Below, piece by piece: positions 22,696 to 37,894 of a stretch of DNA of 64,000 bases. The DNA is from Schmidtea nova (Eukaryota), in assembly GCA_044892505.1 (NCBI GenBank), contig CM097882.1, forward strand, positions 145,080,001 to 145,144,000, in the 5' to 3' direction. Numbering within the stretch: position 1 is the first letter of the stretch; every line of letters begins with the position of its first letter. The notes beneath the pieces were generated by a model that made no database searches, was not told the DNA's origin, and saw only the letters and a list, made by a program, of their open reading frames with translations. The position numbers and the translations under genes were made by a program.

Positions 22696-24737
22696 CAAAT
22701 ACAAAATTTACCTAGAAGTTCCTTGAGAGTATTCTGTAAATTAGAAGTAGTGTAACGCATGTAAAATCGGCTGAACTAATTCGAAGATTTTGCAAGTCTA
22801 ACNNNNNNNNNNNNNNNNNNNNNNNNNNNNNNNNNNNNNNNNNNNNNNNNNNNNNNNNNNNNNNNNNNNNNNNNNNNNNNNNNNNNNNNNNNNNNNNNNN
22901 NNNNNNNNNNNNNNNNNNNNNNNNNNNNNNNNNNNNNNNNNNNNNNNNNNNNNNNNNNNNNTTTGATCGCTGAGACATTGTACTGTAGAAGAGAGACAAT
23001 AGACTTCTGCCGGATTTAATATTAAATCCAAAAAAGTAAATTTTCATGTTTTTTTGGATAACAACTTTGACATTCTTTCCTCATTAGTATAGTAAGTAGA
23101 ACGAATTAGAATTTCTAAAGTTTTACTTGGAAAAGTAAATACAATTGTCTACCTTTACCAATAATTTAAAGTTTATATATCCGGACATACAATCACACAT
23201 TCATTTTTATATTAGATCTAACAACTCCGATTTTGATTATGTCTAATTACTCTGTATGTTACACATTATTTGAATTTTTACATTTACAATTGCGATAGAT
23301 GCTATAGGTCAACCAACAGAGTATTTTAAGGAACATTGGTGTACGAAGGTTTGTAAATTGAGACGAATAAGTACATGACTTTTTGGAGAAAAGGTTCACA
23401 TTATTTTAACTTTCAGTGGCGAAGAACTTAATGATGACGAATATTTATATGATTGCGGATTTGTGCGAAAGGAAACTGGTGAAGATAGATTTATGAGTTA
23501 AGACCAAGTACAAAATTGTATAAACTGGGTAGAAGTCAGAAAACAATAAGACTTAGAAAGAGCAATGAGTATTTTAGGTATAATTGTGTAGAGGAAACTG
23601 AAAATGAAATTCATTTAGAAAGTATGGCGAATATGAGTAAAAATAATAATGTTGAATATGTAACTAAAATAGACAAGGAGGAAGAAGTGGGTACAATTAA
23701 TAGGGAATATAGTGAGCCAGCTGGTGAAGAAAATGATTTGAGTGGTATAGAAAAAGGAGTGGAAATTAAAAATGATTAAAACAGTAGAAAATATATAATT
23801 GGTGAAAGAAAAAAAGTCTGAAAATGAAGTAGTAAATAAAATTTATATTAATTTGTGTGAGTTAGAAAACTTGTTGGAGGAAAATAAAATGAAACATGAA
23901 GCATTTGTAGTGAAAACAGAAGTAATTAATAGACAAGATGAAAAAGAATATATAAATGAACCTAGAGATGAAAGACCAGTTATAGAAAAGGCAAAAAAAT
24001 AAAGAGAAGAGGATTTAGGTTTCGGTCGTTTTTAATGCTCATACTAAGTTGTGGGTACTCGGTTCTATTGATTATTATCATTTTTCTTTCAATGGGTCAT
24101 GAATCTGCACTGCTTTTGATATTCTTATTTGGTAGACTCGAAGATATCGATGCTAATGAGGTTCTGTTTCAATTTAATAGGGTTATTCTTTAGATTGGTC
24201 TTTGATTTTACGATTCACTTTCATATTTAATTATGGGTGTCTTTTTTGATTATGGATCTTCTTTTTGATTGACTTGATACAGTTTAATTTAGTATTTATT
24301 TTTCTAATTTTTTTCTGGGTCGATTTGTTCGTCTTCTATTCTTACTGTTCTGATTTTCTTTTTGATTTGGGTTGATTGTTTGATTTCTTTATGAATTGTT
24401 AAGCATGATGATTTCTTGATCTGTTTTTTTTTAATATTGTCAATTGCATTTTCGTACCATAAAAAGTCCTCACTCGTATAGAAAATTGATTTTACTCTTA
24501 CATGGAGAGAATCGTGAACGGAAACAAGAACTTCCCAAAGTTTCATCGCTGTATTTTTTCCCCTTCTAGCTCTTTTTGGTGCCATTATTTTATTTTTATT
24601 TTGCTTTTAATTAATTTTTAATTTCTAGAGTTATAATATTTATTTGTAAATGATGATATATAAAAAATTTCATCTCTATACAATTTATGATAATCAAAAC
24701 TATATTGATTTATAAAAAAATAATTATAAAGTACAAT

Positions 24738-27700
24738 CAGCGCCGTCTCTTCCATTGTGCTAACTGTGCTAAGCACAGGGGGCGCCGTGAGTGAAGGGGC
24801 GCCGTAAATTTTATAAAAGCCATAAATTTGATAAAATTTGCACTTTCAAATATAATTTATGATATTACAAAAAAAATTATGAATAATTTAAAAAATTTCC
24901 CAAGAGAGGCCACTGGTTGAAAATAATCAAACAAATAGTGTCGTAGTCGCAGTGGTTTGTAATATGTAATTGTGAATTGTGGTCGTGAAATATCAAAACC
25001 ACATAGTAAGCTTTTTTTTATAACATTTTCAATTTTGTATACCGGAACAAAAATTTTATTTTTCCTAGGAAAAACATAAACAAACATATTGCATATATGA
25101 TATATCCATAGATAATATTTAATTAAAAATTAAATTGGCGAAAAAAAATTATTTTCTTTGGACATTATTTAATAAAAAGTATAGTATATCAGTTAAGAAA
25201 TAATTTTTTATGTGAGTGATGAAAAAAAATATATGTATAAAGTGAATGGTATCAATTATCAATTTGGATTATGCGTTAAATTGAATCAATTGATCGATTG
25301 AAATGTAATAATATTAAATGAAAAGGATGATGGAGAAAAATTGAAAAATTATAAACAAAACAAAATTAAAGAAAATCGAAAAAAATTAGTTTAATATATA
25401 AATTAAAATTTTAAATATATGCAAAAATAATTATTATTTTTTGACATTTTTGTTTATAAGTTTTAAAACTTTAAAAAATTGAGAAGAAAATTTTGTAATA
25501 ATCTAGTTATCTACATTTACGAATTAATTTTGAAATAAAAGGTGAAAAGAATATATTTTTTTATTACAATTTATAACTTTACATTTTTTTAAAGGTACCC
25601 TTGTAAAATAAAAATGGAAAAGAAAAAATTATCCGGATGTGCTAGACGAAAACTAAATGCAACAAAAAGATTAAAGGACAAATCTATATTGGAAAAAACG
25701 CCAACATTAAAAACTTTTTTTAAAGTCACTGATAATGTAAATAATTCAATTGCACCAATTGAAAATGAGCCGCAACAAATGCTGGAAAATCAAAACATAA
25801 GTGTAATAACAGCTGTTGATGAAGAATCGATAGATAATGAAAACAATTCTGGAGCAGCAAACGTTATCTCAGTAGGATGTAGTGAGCAAGTAAATTACGA
25901 AGACCCCGCAAATTGGGGTGATATAAATTCCAAAAAAAGAAACAAAATAATTAATAATTTAAAGGATGTAGATGTAAGCAAATTAGATTTTTCTAGCTCG
26001 AAAATAATTTATAAAAATCAAAACCGGTTTGCAAGTAAAAATTTATTTTATAGGAAATTAGTAAACGGTGAATTTAAAAAAAGAAACTGGGTTAGGTTTT
26101 CTAAATCTACAGGAAAATCTTTTTGTGCTTTTTGAAAACTATTTGGAACTATTACAAATAGTTTCACTTTAGGTTTTAATGATTGGAGTCATCCAAATTT
26201 ATTGTCGGACTATGAGAATTCAGTTAATCATAAAGATAATACACTGATTTTTGTAAATAATTTAAATGATACATCCAGTATTAGGCAAAGTTTTAAAGCT
26301 GAAGAAATTAAAAATATTAGATATTGGAAAAATATTTTGACAAGAATAGTTGAAGTAATATTATTTCTAAGTTCCAGGGGAATTCCATTTAGGGGTAAAA
26401 ATCAGATATTAAGAAATAAATTAAATGGCAATTATTTAGGTTCTATAGAACTTTTAGCTAAATTTGACCTATTGCTTCAACAGCATCTAAGAGAGTATGG
26501 AAATAGAGGAAAGGGATATGTGTCCTATTTATCAGCAAATATTTGCGATGAATTCATAGAAATCTTGGGATGTTATGTGAGAAGCAAAATAATCACAGAA
26601 TTGAAAGAAGCAAAATATTTTTCCATTATAGTAGATTCTACGCCTGATATTTCACATGTAGACCAATTAACGATAATTATTAGATATGTGAAAAGAGATG
26701 GAATTCCGGTAGAAAGATTTTTGTGCTTCTTAGATAACACTGGTCATAAGAGCTTCGAAATGGAGAAATCAGTTATTAAAACATTGTCTAACTTCGGTAT
26801 AAATTTACAAGATTGTCGCCGGCAATCTTATGACAATGCTGCTAATATGCCGGGAGTCTATAATGGTCTGCAAGCTCGTATTAGAGCCAAAAATGAATTT
26901 GCAATTTATGTTCCATGTGCTGCACATTCGTTAAATGTAATTGGTGAAAGCTCAGCAGAATGTTGTCAAGAAGCGACTAAACTATTTATGCTTGTACAAA
27001 ATTTGTACACTTTTTTTCGGTGTCCACGTCTAGGTGGTAATTATTAAAAAAGGAGATAGGACCAAAAGGCCTTGTTCCAAAAAGAATATGTGATACTCGG
27101 TGGTCTGCTAGAGCAGATGCAGTTAAAGCACTTAAATTAGGATATGAGTCTTTTAAAAAGGCACTACAAAACTTTATTAATGATATAACGAAAAAACCAG
27201 TTGAAAAAATAGAAGCCCAGGGACTATTAAAACAATTAAATTTTCTTGAAACCGGTATAATGCTATCATTTTGGATCGATATATTAAATGCAATTAATGG
27301 GGCAAGTAAAACACTTCAAAAAGTTGAAATAAACATTGAAGTAGGTGTTAAAATATATAATAGTTTATATGTATTTCTGCAGAGCAAACGAGAGTTAGAG
27401 TCTTTCAATTTTTATAAAAAAGAAGGAATTTTAATAACTGGGTGCCAAAATTTTAAAACAACTAGGCAACATAAAAGAAAAAAACAATTCGACGAAAGTA
27501 GTACACCAGATCATTTTTTTTAGTGATACGAATTTTCGTATAAATTCATATTATGTAGTTCTTGATAAACTTCTCCTAGAAATAAATAAAAGAAAATGTA
27601 GTTATGATGAAATATATTTAAAATTCGGATTTATTTTCGATTTAAAAAATTTAGATGATACTGAAATCAGGGAGAAAGCCTCTAAATTATGTGAAATATA

Positions 27701-28426
27701 CACGAACGATCTAGATAAAAGTTTAATTGAAGAATGCCTATATTTTAAAAATTTTACTGTCCATAACAAAACTGGTACTGAAAATTCACAATCAGAAATT
27801 CTTTTAAAAACAATAATTGAGTCTGATATCGGATCCACTTTTCCAAACATAGAAATTACGTTAAGAATATTTATGAGTATAGGATTAACTAACTGTTCAG
27901 GTGAAAGATCTTTTTCGCTTCTAAAAAGATTAAAAAATCATCTTCGTTCTTCCTTGCGACAAGAAAAATTTAATAATTTAAGTATATTAGCCATTGAGTC
28001 TGAATTTTTTGAAAGTATTGACTGTGAAGAAATGGTTGATAGTTTTGCAAGACATAAATCTAGAAAGAAAAAAATATTGTAATCGTTTTTCTTCATTATA
28101 CATATTAATTCTATTTAATGTTATATTTTGATATTTATGTTTGAAAGAAATTAATTTTTTTTCTTAATTTTTTTGTTTAAAGAAAACATTAGACTGTTGA
28201 ATTTTTATAAGCTAATGTTAATTTAATATTATTTTTTTATTGTTTTTTTTGTTCGTTTGTTAACCTAGTCATTGAAATAAAATGATGTAATATATAATAT
28301 TAATATATGTATATGCAATAATGTGTAATATTATTAATAAACATAATATATTTTTGTAAAAATTGATTTTTAGGGGCGCATTATAGTTTATAGCACAGGG
28401 GCGACAAATTTCTAAAGGCGCCTCTG
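24738..28426 (+). mobile_element. hAT DNA transposon (defective)
   Basis: Exact 8-bp TSD AGTACAAT (24730-24737/28427-28434); imperfect CAG- TIRs with subterminal AGCACAGGGGCG repeats. Confidence 0.9.
25614..28082 (+). pseudogene. hAT transposase (ZMYM1-like), frameshifted
   Basis: YFSIIVDSTPDISHVDQL, SYDNAANM, CAAHSLN, CDTRWSAR and hATC motif NCSGERSFSLLKRLKN across broken frames. Confidence 0.92.
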
Positions 28427-28850
28427 AGTACAATTATAATGAAGCCATCTATCGATGTACTAAAAAATAAATAGGGTTCTTCATCTAAGGTGTATCTACC
28501 GTACAGCAAAATTTCAGCACAATAGTACGAGTATAAATTGAGTTATGTTAGAAAATGTATAAAAAAATTTATAAAAATTCCGACTTTATCTCACTTCTGC
28601 TCACTTAAAGAACTGAAGCCATTGCCCGATCGACCTCACAAACAATAGGATTCTTTGTTAAAGATGTATCTAACAAATAACGAAAGTTTCAAGACGATAG
28701 CTCTACCCGCTCCCGAGTCTAGAGCGGACATACATACATTGCCTGAAAAATCTTTCCTATTTTATAAACATAGATTATAAGCCAAAAATAATTTTTCAGA
28801 TTAAACTTAATGTATGAAAATTTCAAATTTCAAAATTTTATTATCGTATA

Positions 28851-30167
28851 TACAGGATAAACCAATAAGTTTTGTCCGGTGCTCATACTCAGCTTTCCAA
28901 TGCTGTAATAAGTGTATAGGTCTGCAACTTTGTGTGTCTATGCTATATATGTTGTAGATTTATAAAATTAAAAAAAAATCACTTATTAATAATTTTTAAC
29001 ATTGCTATTAACTTTGATATGTCTTAGATGGATTAAGCACTTTTAATAAACTTCTTGTTTGACTGAAATATTTTTTGTTTTCATTAGAATACGTCGATTT
29101 GAAATGAATTTCGCACGAGAAGATATCCGCAAGTTAATCTACTACAATTGGAAACGTGGATTAGTGCCTTCCCAGATTGCAAATGAAATAAATTTGACAC
29201 TGGAGAAGGACACAACAAATGAGCGCACTTGTCGACGCTGGTTTGCAAACTTCAAGGAAGGAAACTTTGATGTTGAAGACAAAGAGCGATGTGGGAGGCC
29301 TGAGCACCGATGAGCGTGGAGCTTGGAGTTTGTCAGCAGACAATTCGAAATCATCTGCTTGCAATGAGCATGCGTTACCTGTGCAACCACTGGGTCCCAC
29401 ACAAGTTGTCCGAGCAACAAATGGCCAACAGTGATAAAATATGCAACAAGCTGCTGTGCAAGTATGCTGCTAATGACTTCCTCAGTCAGCTCATTACAAT
29501 GGACAAAGGCTGGATCTATTGGAACAACGACGGAACCTATCACCACCGTTCGTGGAGAAGCGCAGGTGATGCCCCTGATGTGGAAGTTCGCCGCGCACTC
29601 TCACCCAGGAAACATCTCATGCCCGTCTTTTGGGACTGTAAAGGTGTAATTATGATGGATATTCTGCCGCAGGGTGCTACAATCACTGCCAATGTTTACT
29701 ACGAACAGCTGTCCCGTCTGGTGACGGCAATACAACAAAAGCGACGCTGTCTTCATGGTGGTGGGTTTCATCAAATTCCCTATCTCCACGACAATGCACG
29801 ACCCCATACGGCAGCCAAATCTGTGCAAAAACTTACTGACATTAGTTTTACTGTTCTGCCACATCCTCTTTACTCCCCAGACCTGGCACCGTCCGATTTG
29901 TATTTGTTTTCCCCTTTAAAATGTGCAATTCGTGGAAAAGATTTCAACGGAGTTGATGAAATTCAAGTGGTTCTGGACGCTTGGTTGGACAGTAAACCAC
30001 GCAGCTTCTTCGCTGATGGAATCAGGAAACTGCCTGATCGATGGCGTCGATGTGTCCTTCATAATAGTGCATATTTTGAACATCTCTCTGACACAGATGA
30101 TCGACATTTTTGATGTTTTGAAATTTATACATGTTTCACCGGATTAAACTTATTGGTTTATCCAGTA
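28851..30167 (+). mobile_element. mariner (DD34D) transposon
   Basis: ~31-bp TIRs TAC(A/T)GGATAAACCAATAAGTTT..TCCGGTG with TA TSDs. Confidence 0.95.
29104..30113 (+). pseudogene. mariner transposase, frameshifted near 29310
   Basis: HTH region, then ITMDKGW, YLHDNARPH, YSPDLAPSDLYLF. Confidence 0.93.
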
Positions 30168-31366
30168 TATTTCACAGATTTTTAAAATTTAATTTTTAAA
30201 TAAATTTATTCTCGAAAACTAAAAAATCCCATAATTGACCATTATTTTATAAAGCTTTAAAAATTAATCTTACATGTATATTATTTTATAAAATAATCGT
30301 CCAAAAATCAAGAAATAACTCATAAATTCATATTTGCAAATTAACACATCCATTTCGATCATTAACATCATCCATAACTACCACTGCACTTAGAAATTCC
30401 TATGAAAATCCTATTCGCCTACATTTGTAACTAAGTACATCGTTTCACTCATTTACAACCCTTGCATATAAAAATAAATTCACTCACTGACACCCATCAA
30501 TCAATTATACTACTGGAAAAACTGCAAATTAGACCTAACCAAATCCTACAAGTCACGACAGTTTAAAACATAAATCAAATTGCTTGTATTCCACAACACT
30601 CGTGTTTGCAATTCAAGATATCGCACCAATCGACAACATCATCTATATATAGTACAGCACGTGGAAAATTTAATAACAAATCTATTCATCTATAGTTGCA
30701 AATTAGTATACCTTTTCACTCATTAACATCATCTCTATCTAACAATACACACGAAAATTTATTCATTCATAAATGCATTCATATAATACCGTTTCGCTCA
30801 TTAACATTTCATACCCAGCATGTTATATCCAGAAAATCTATACAAAAATCCATTCCAACGTATTCATCATTAAACCATCCATTTCATTCAATAATGTCAC
30901 TTACTGTCATCCATCACTCAAAAAACTTACTACTTAATCTATTAAAATATGTTTAGTTAACTTACAGTTCACAACATCCGATAACATAAATCCTTGCAAT
31001 TCACACCATCATATATCGTTGATCAATTCACTTACAACTTACAATATCCTTTAACATAAATCAAGCCACATTGCATCCCACAACATCCATTTTGGCAACT
31101 CAGTACATTATATCCATCAATAATATCCACAACACTTATCATCTTAGTTGCAACTAATAACACCCTATAGGCTACCTTATCATACTGCTGAAAAGTGAAT
31201 ACTCAAATTATCAAACTCTATAGGATTTCATATACTAGGAAATTGTTTTCATTAAAATTTTCATTCAATCAATAAAAGCCATTGCGGTCAAATATTCAAT
31301 AAAAATTTGTAAGAATAGAAAAATCTTAATATGTTCAGCCTAAAAAATCCATAAAAATTTATTTAT

Positions 31367-34300
31367 TGTTATGAAGTACTGAATACTAGAAACTAGTTAA
31401 ATTCAAATATTTATTAAACATAAAACTTTAGTTATTAAAACAACTTTAAATTAAAGATTGATTTAATATATATATAACATCTCCTTCTCAAATCCAGTCC
31501 CCAAATCGGCCTGGTGGTTTTCTGTTCCTGTCGGGTCTGCCCTTGGTATCAACGTCCAATGTGTCTACTATCGGACTTTTATTCCGTGAGCTTCTATCTT
31601 CTGCAATTTGATTGTTGCTTGTTAAAGTCAGGTTTGTTTCTCCCGGTTTTATAATCCATGAGGTGCTGTTTCCCTTTGGCATTAAGAATATGGCTTCTTG
31701 GGATTCTTTTTCCGATGTTTGTTTGTATGTTATCTTTTCTCCTTGTTTGAAATTTGAGGAGATCGGCACCCTTATTTGTCGTCCGAATATTATTTCCGAC
31801 GGCGATTTGCCTCTTGAGTCTGTGGCTACTCTATGGTGGAATAGTACCTTTTGTAAGTACGATGTGAAGGGCTGGTGAGTTTGCGTTAGTTTCCAACTCC
31901 GTATGGCCTTCTTAATCACCTGGACAGATCTCTCTGCACTTCCATTCGTCATTGGGAAGTATGGAGGGCTTTCAATCTTCTGAATGCCTTGACGTGAATT
32001 CGGGGGCATTATCAGACACTAATGTCTCGGGAACACCAAAGCGACAAAATACTGTTCGCAAACATTCTATGATTGTCTCAGATGAGCGATTCCGTGTTCT
32101 AAATGCTTCTATCCATCCAGAGCCTGAATCAACAATAATTAGAATGTTTCCTACTTCAGCAGCATGAGCCCAATCTATATGTATTCTTTCGAATGGTTTT
32201 GCTATAGGCCACTGATCGACTGTTTTTACAATTGACGAGCGAAGTCGGTTGCAAACTGAACATTCACTGACTCTCTTTTCAATGTCACCGTGCATACCAG
32301 GCCACCATGCGGAAATGGATATTCTTTTAGTAGATGACTTGGTGCCAGAGTGCATTTCGTCGTGCGCTAATTCAAACACTTCTCGCCTGAGTCTTGTAGG
32401 GATAAAAATTCGTGTCCCATAGTATAGCATATTGTCTTCGATAGTCAACCTTTCTGATGCTCTTGCAAATGGCTTCTCGGCTTCGGAGCACGACGACCAT
32501 TTTCCATTTGTCACTCGTTTCATGATTCTTTGCATGAATTTGTCTTTGCTCAGTTCTTCTCTGATTTTGTCCTCATCTAAAATACATTTTCTGAATTGGG
32601 CGGTCATTGAATGTAAGATGGTCTCTGCTATTACTTCTTCTTCATCTTTAATGTCTTTTTTTACATATTTTAATCGGGACAGGGCATCGACATGTGGGAT
32701 ATCTTTCCCTCTTAGGTATGAAATTGAATAATCATACTGCATCAATAATAATGCCCATTTCATCACTCTTACTGATGTAGTACTGGGAATAGCACTCTTG
32801 TTGCCAAACAGATATTGCAGTGGTTTGTGATCGGTTTTGATGTCAAATTTTCTTCCCAAGAGGAACTGCTTCAGACGAATCACTGACCATACAATCGCTA
32901 ATGCTTCGCGCTCTATGTTGGAATAGTTCCTTTTTGTCGGTGATAATGTCCTCGATACATATATTACTGGCGAGCCCTCTTGTGTAAGTATGGCAGCTAT
33001 AGCGGTTTTGGATGCATCTGTAGTTAATGTTACTTCTTTTTCTAGGTCATACGGTTTAACTATTGGTGACTTCGATATCTTCTTTTTTAATTCCTCAAAC
33101 GCCGACTGGCATGCCTTGGTCCATTGGAAGGCACCACACTTTGATTTCCTTAACTCGTTTATCGGACGTATTTTCATTGCAAATTGTGGAATTAATCTGC
33201 CGAAATAATTGATTAATCCGACAAAGCTTTCCACTTCTTTTCTGTTTCCCGGTGTCTGTATCTCACGTATTTTTGATACAAGTCTATCATCTGGTTCGAT
33301 TCATTTTACGGATATTTTGAAGCCTAAAAACGTAATCACTTTTGAATGTAGGATAGACTTACTTTCATTCATTGTGACTTTTTTTTCTTTTAGCCTTGAT
33401 ATGACCACATTCAATCTTTTTCTCAGCGCTTCATTGTTTTCTGCAAAGATTAAGATGTCGTCTTGGTAAATTAACAATCTTTTAATGTCTGCTAGGATGT
33501 TTTCCATTGTTCTCTGGAAGATTGTTGATGCGTTCTTCATTTCCATCTGCAGTCTGTTTACTTCGTACAGGCCTTTGCTCGTGTTTATGACCGATAATTT
33601 CTTTGCTTGTTCGTCTAGCTCGATTTGCCAGTAAGCTGAAGTTAAATCTAACTGTGCAAAGACCTTGGCATTCTTTAATTTGGCGAAGATGGTCTCAATA
33701 TTCGGGAGAGGGTAGGCATCCATTTTGATTCTCTCATTTACATGCACCTTGAAGTCTACACACATTCTTAACTCCCATTTCTCTTCTTTATCCAAATCAC
33801 CGGCGAGGCATTCGTAACCGGGGTTGTGCATGGACTGATTATTCCTATCTTCTCTAATCGGGTTAGTTCATCGTTCACCTTGCTTTCTAATGCTAAGGGT
33901 ATCGGGCGTGCTCGACAAAATACGTCTTTCGAGTTCTCGATTAGTGTCATTGACGCTTTTATTCCCTTTATCGACCTGAGAATTTCGGATGGGTGTTTTT
34001 CATTTGAGATTTGATTTATTGATAATTCCATTTCATTTAAGATCAAAAGAATGTCCTGGCCCAACAGGCCAAATTCTTTTGTAGATTTTACTAATATTAA
34101 CTCGATCGGATATATCTTTGATTTCGTTTCGATGGTAGTATTGAACTTACCGGTTGATTTCAGTACATGACCGTCATATGCTTCTAGAGTCTTCGTTGTT
34201 TTCTTTAGTTTGGGTTTGCTTAAGTACTCCCATATGGATGTTGATATTATTGATACTGTGGCTCCTGTATCCAATTGCATTTTTACCGGTACTGACTTGA

Positions 34301-35285
34301 TTGTGTAAGTCTCTATATTATCCCCAACTTGATTTACAGTCTCGACATGATATATGCCACACTCCTCCTCGTTATCAGATATATAATTCATTACCTTAGT
34401 TTCTTTTGAAAGCTGGGTCGATCGGCACACTTTTGCCAGATGGTTTCTTTTCCCACATAGTTTGCATTCTTTATTGAATGCTGGACATTGTCTTTTCTTG
34501 TGATTCGATCCGCAAAATTTGCAGATTGTAACAGTTTCATGGGTTGACTTTTGCTTTGAAAAGTTTATCTCGAATTCTTTATCTCCTACATTTTCTGTGA
34601 TGTTTTCTTCGCCTTTGATGAATAATTGTATTTGTTCTATGTTCTGAATAATGTTCTGGATCTCGTGAACTGATTTGCAATTGTCCTGGCATTGTATGAG
34701 AACCTTCTCTTGTGTTGCTTTGTCCCGAATTCCTGTCAATACTGCTATTTTTAACATCTCCTCTGTAGGGTCGATTACATTCTTTAACTGCTCAAATTCA
34801 CAGAATCGTGCCCTTGTCTTTAGTCTTGTGACAAAATCGGCTATTGATTCGTAGGCTATTTGCTTTGTCATATAAAACTTTGTTCTCTCCGCAATAACCA
34901 GTCTTCTTTTTGGTACAAGATACTGCAACAGGGCTTTGTGAATTTTCTCGAATTCCATTTCTTCAATCTTCTCGGGTTCCACAATTGTCTGAGTTTTCAT
35001 TAAGGCTTTTATTCCGCAACTGGCCATGAAATATTTTGTCGAAATTCTGCCACTGTCTTCTGATGTTGACAGGTTGCATCTCGATATAGCTGAAAATGCT
35101 AGGAGCAAGCATTTGGCTTCTTCTGCGCATTGCAGGTTTAATTCTCCTAACCTGTGCTGTGACGCCATTGTTATGAAGTACTGAATACTAGAAACTAGTT
35201 AAATTCAAATATTTATTAAACATAAAATTTTAGTTATTAAAACAACTTTAAATTAAAGATTGATTTAATATATATATATATAACA
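31367..35285 (-). mobile_element. Full-length Ty3/gypsy LTR retrotransposon (3.9 kb) with ~115-bp LTRs
   Basis: LTRs at 31367-31479 and 35169-35285 (TG...CA); 5-bp TSD TTTAT; PBS TGGCGTCACAG; PPT TGAGAAGGAGA. Confidence 0.95.
31488..35168 (-). pseudogene. gag-pol (zinc knuckle, PR, RT, RNase H, integrase) with frameshifts
   Basis: CKFCGSNHKKRQC; LDTGATVS; YQDDILI; TDASK...EREALA...TDHKPL; HIDWA...LVSDNAPEF; NGSAERSVQ. Confidence 0.93.
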
Positions 35286-35819
35286 TTTATATTATCAGGG
35301 CATAGCCTTATATGAGTCCCTTCATTATTTAGATCCCAATCCAACAAAATTTATGTGCATGATACTTAAAATAAAAGTGATCCGATTACCAGACTCTAGA
35401 TCTAACCACCCGTTAAAATCAAGATAGATCCGGATCTCCAACGAAATTCATTTAAAAAATTGGATTACCTAATATTTGAAGGTTATAAATTTTTTTTTTT
35501 AAAAATCAAAACCAAAATATCCTCAAAGTAAAGTTTTATTCAATCAAATTACGTATACCATACCAGAAAGAAAGAAAAAGGATGTTGAAAGTTCATATGA
35601 AATTCTTATATATACCTTGCTAACATATACATCGAAACTACAAACATAAAAATTAAATTAAAATGATTTAAGAGTATAATTCATTAGCATTAAATGGAAT
35701 ACCATTAACACTGAAAACAAACAATGTTACTTTGTTAAACTCCCAGTTAAAAAGAAAGATAAATAAATTCCAAATTCCAAAATCGAAGATAGAATTTCAC
35801 TGGTAGTTTCTTAATTTCA

Positions 35820-36500
35820 AGGTAGGATTTAATTTTATTGATAAGGAGTCTGCTAGAATGAAAAAGAATATCAGTCCATAAGTTGCCGAATCTTCTGTCA
35901 CGTATTCCAATTATTGTTCAGCAAGCTCACTTTTAATCATTAAGGAGACAAAATCGGAAGGTTGCAGCGTTACGGTTGAAGCTCTACTGCCAAATTGTCT
36001 TAAAATAAATCATAAGTATTAATAAAAGGAAACGTGAAATTACCAGATATATTATTGTTGGATATAAAGAATAAGAAAAGCACCACTAGATCTTGTTTGA
36101 GGGCTTCATTCTAAAGATAAATAGATAATCAATATGTTTTATTACAAGGAAAAACATTTTTCCTTACTTATAGAAATTAAACGACTATTTTGGATTTTCC
36201 ACCTAAAAATAAATGCATAAATCAATAAAGTATATAATAAACCAATTCTTACCATATTAAAATCCGACTAATCAGATTCCGTTATTTCGGCTTTCCGCCT
36301 ATAACAATGACGATATAGACTTTCGTTGAAGTCATATTATCTTCTTCAAACTAGGCGGGGGTCGACTAAATTTAAACCCTGAATGTATTTTACCCTACCA
36401 AAAAATTTAAAGTATTAATATACGCATATAAGGGAAGTCTAACCCTTTAAAAATTAAAAATTCGTGAAATTATCCTGTTGCTGTTGCTAAGGCCTCGGTG
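35820..36500 (-). pseudogene. Degenerate multi-exon gene of a B-type element (unknown product)
   Basis: Several ~45-55 nt GT-AG introns on the minus strand (e.g. ~35999-36043, ~36111-36167, ~36203-36252). Upstream CCACCGAGGCCTTAGCAAC motif is shared with 59640 and 63040. Confidence 0.45.
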
Positions 36501-37894
36501 GTAATTCAAAATTTTAGGATTGAAATTTAATATAAATTTTTAATTAATTTTATTATATAAAATGAAAAATTCACTTCAAAATTACGCGTATTTAAATAAG
36601 ATTTGTATTGAATTTTAAAATGGAATTAAAACATCTGAATATTCACGGAAGTAATAGCTATTTAGATTGAAATCATAGCAATTAAATATTCCCTAAAATA
36701 CATGAGTTATAATAATAATTGGGTCCCGAATTGAGTGGTGATCAGATTTGACTTAAAAAATGATGTTGTATGAATAAATACATAGAAAAAGTTTGCGTTT
36801 CTGGGTGATATAGCGCATTAATATCGATTGGAATAGTTTGCTGATTAAAATCTTATTGTTGGGTTCTGGGGTTGTTGGTGAAATGGTTAGTTACCAATCA
36901 AAGCGTGCCTTTAATTGACCCCAAAAACAATTAACCCTGGAAACTTTATCGAATATTACAAATATTGTCTTTAACACTGAATTGACCAAAATCAACAGAT
37001 CAACAATTGATTATACGGTGCTTATTACGACACGATGGTGAAGAATAGCACTTTGTATAATCTTGGCTCGAACGATCACTCACCACTGAGGGTTATAACA
37101 ATTGGTAATTTAGCTGGTTGTCTTCTGGATTTGACTTGGATTTACTGGTTGAGTTTTACTCTATTATTAATCAATGATAACGGGTTTCAGTCAATTTTCT
37201 GTCACGTCCTTTATTTCTGATTTAATATTTCGTCGTATTTTCTTCGTATTTTCTTCGCAATATACTGTACACCATTTTAAACTAATAAAAATATCTAAGT
37301 GTAACGCTGTCGGTAATCATTTTTACTTTTGGTACAACTACTGACATATATTGAGCCACAAGAGAACAAATTTATAGTATTTGAAACCATAGATGTGTTG
37401 TAACTATATAATTATTATAAATAAACTTTGAGTTTTACATCACTTTTAGTTTCCTTTGCCTTAGAAAGGGTTAAAGTATAAATTAAGATTTCCAATTGTT
37501 ATTATCTTATCATGTTATTATGCACGTTAAGCTTATCCTCCATAAAATGTCACCAATTTCCCTTTGAACGGTTATTATTAGAAAATCTCTTTCAGTCATT
37601 CTAGAAACCTAATTCGGAAAGTGATAAGTTGATCTCCAACTAATAAATATTCAGGTGTAAAATAAAATTCCATTTACCTAAGTGTTCATTTTTTTACATA
37701 AAGATTTATTTTATCAAAATGAGAATAATGCGAATTATTTTATTTTCAATTAAACACAATTCACATCAAAATGTTTCAAAACTTACTGTACAATAAAAAA
37801 AGTGGAAAAATATTTTGTCCAAACCTCATCGTCAATAGAATAATTTACAAACTTTGTTAAATCCTTTGTTAAACTTAGGGGCTTAAAATGGGCA

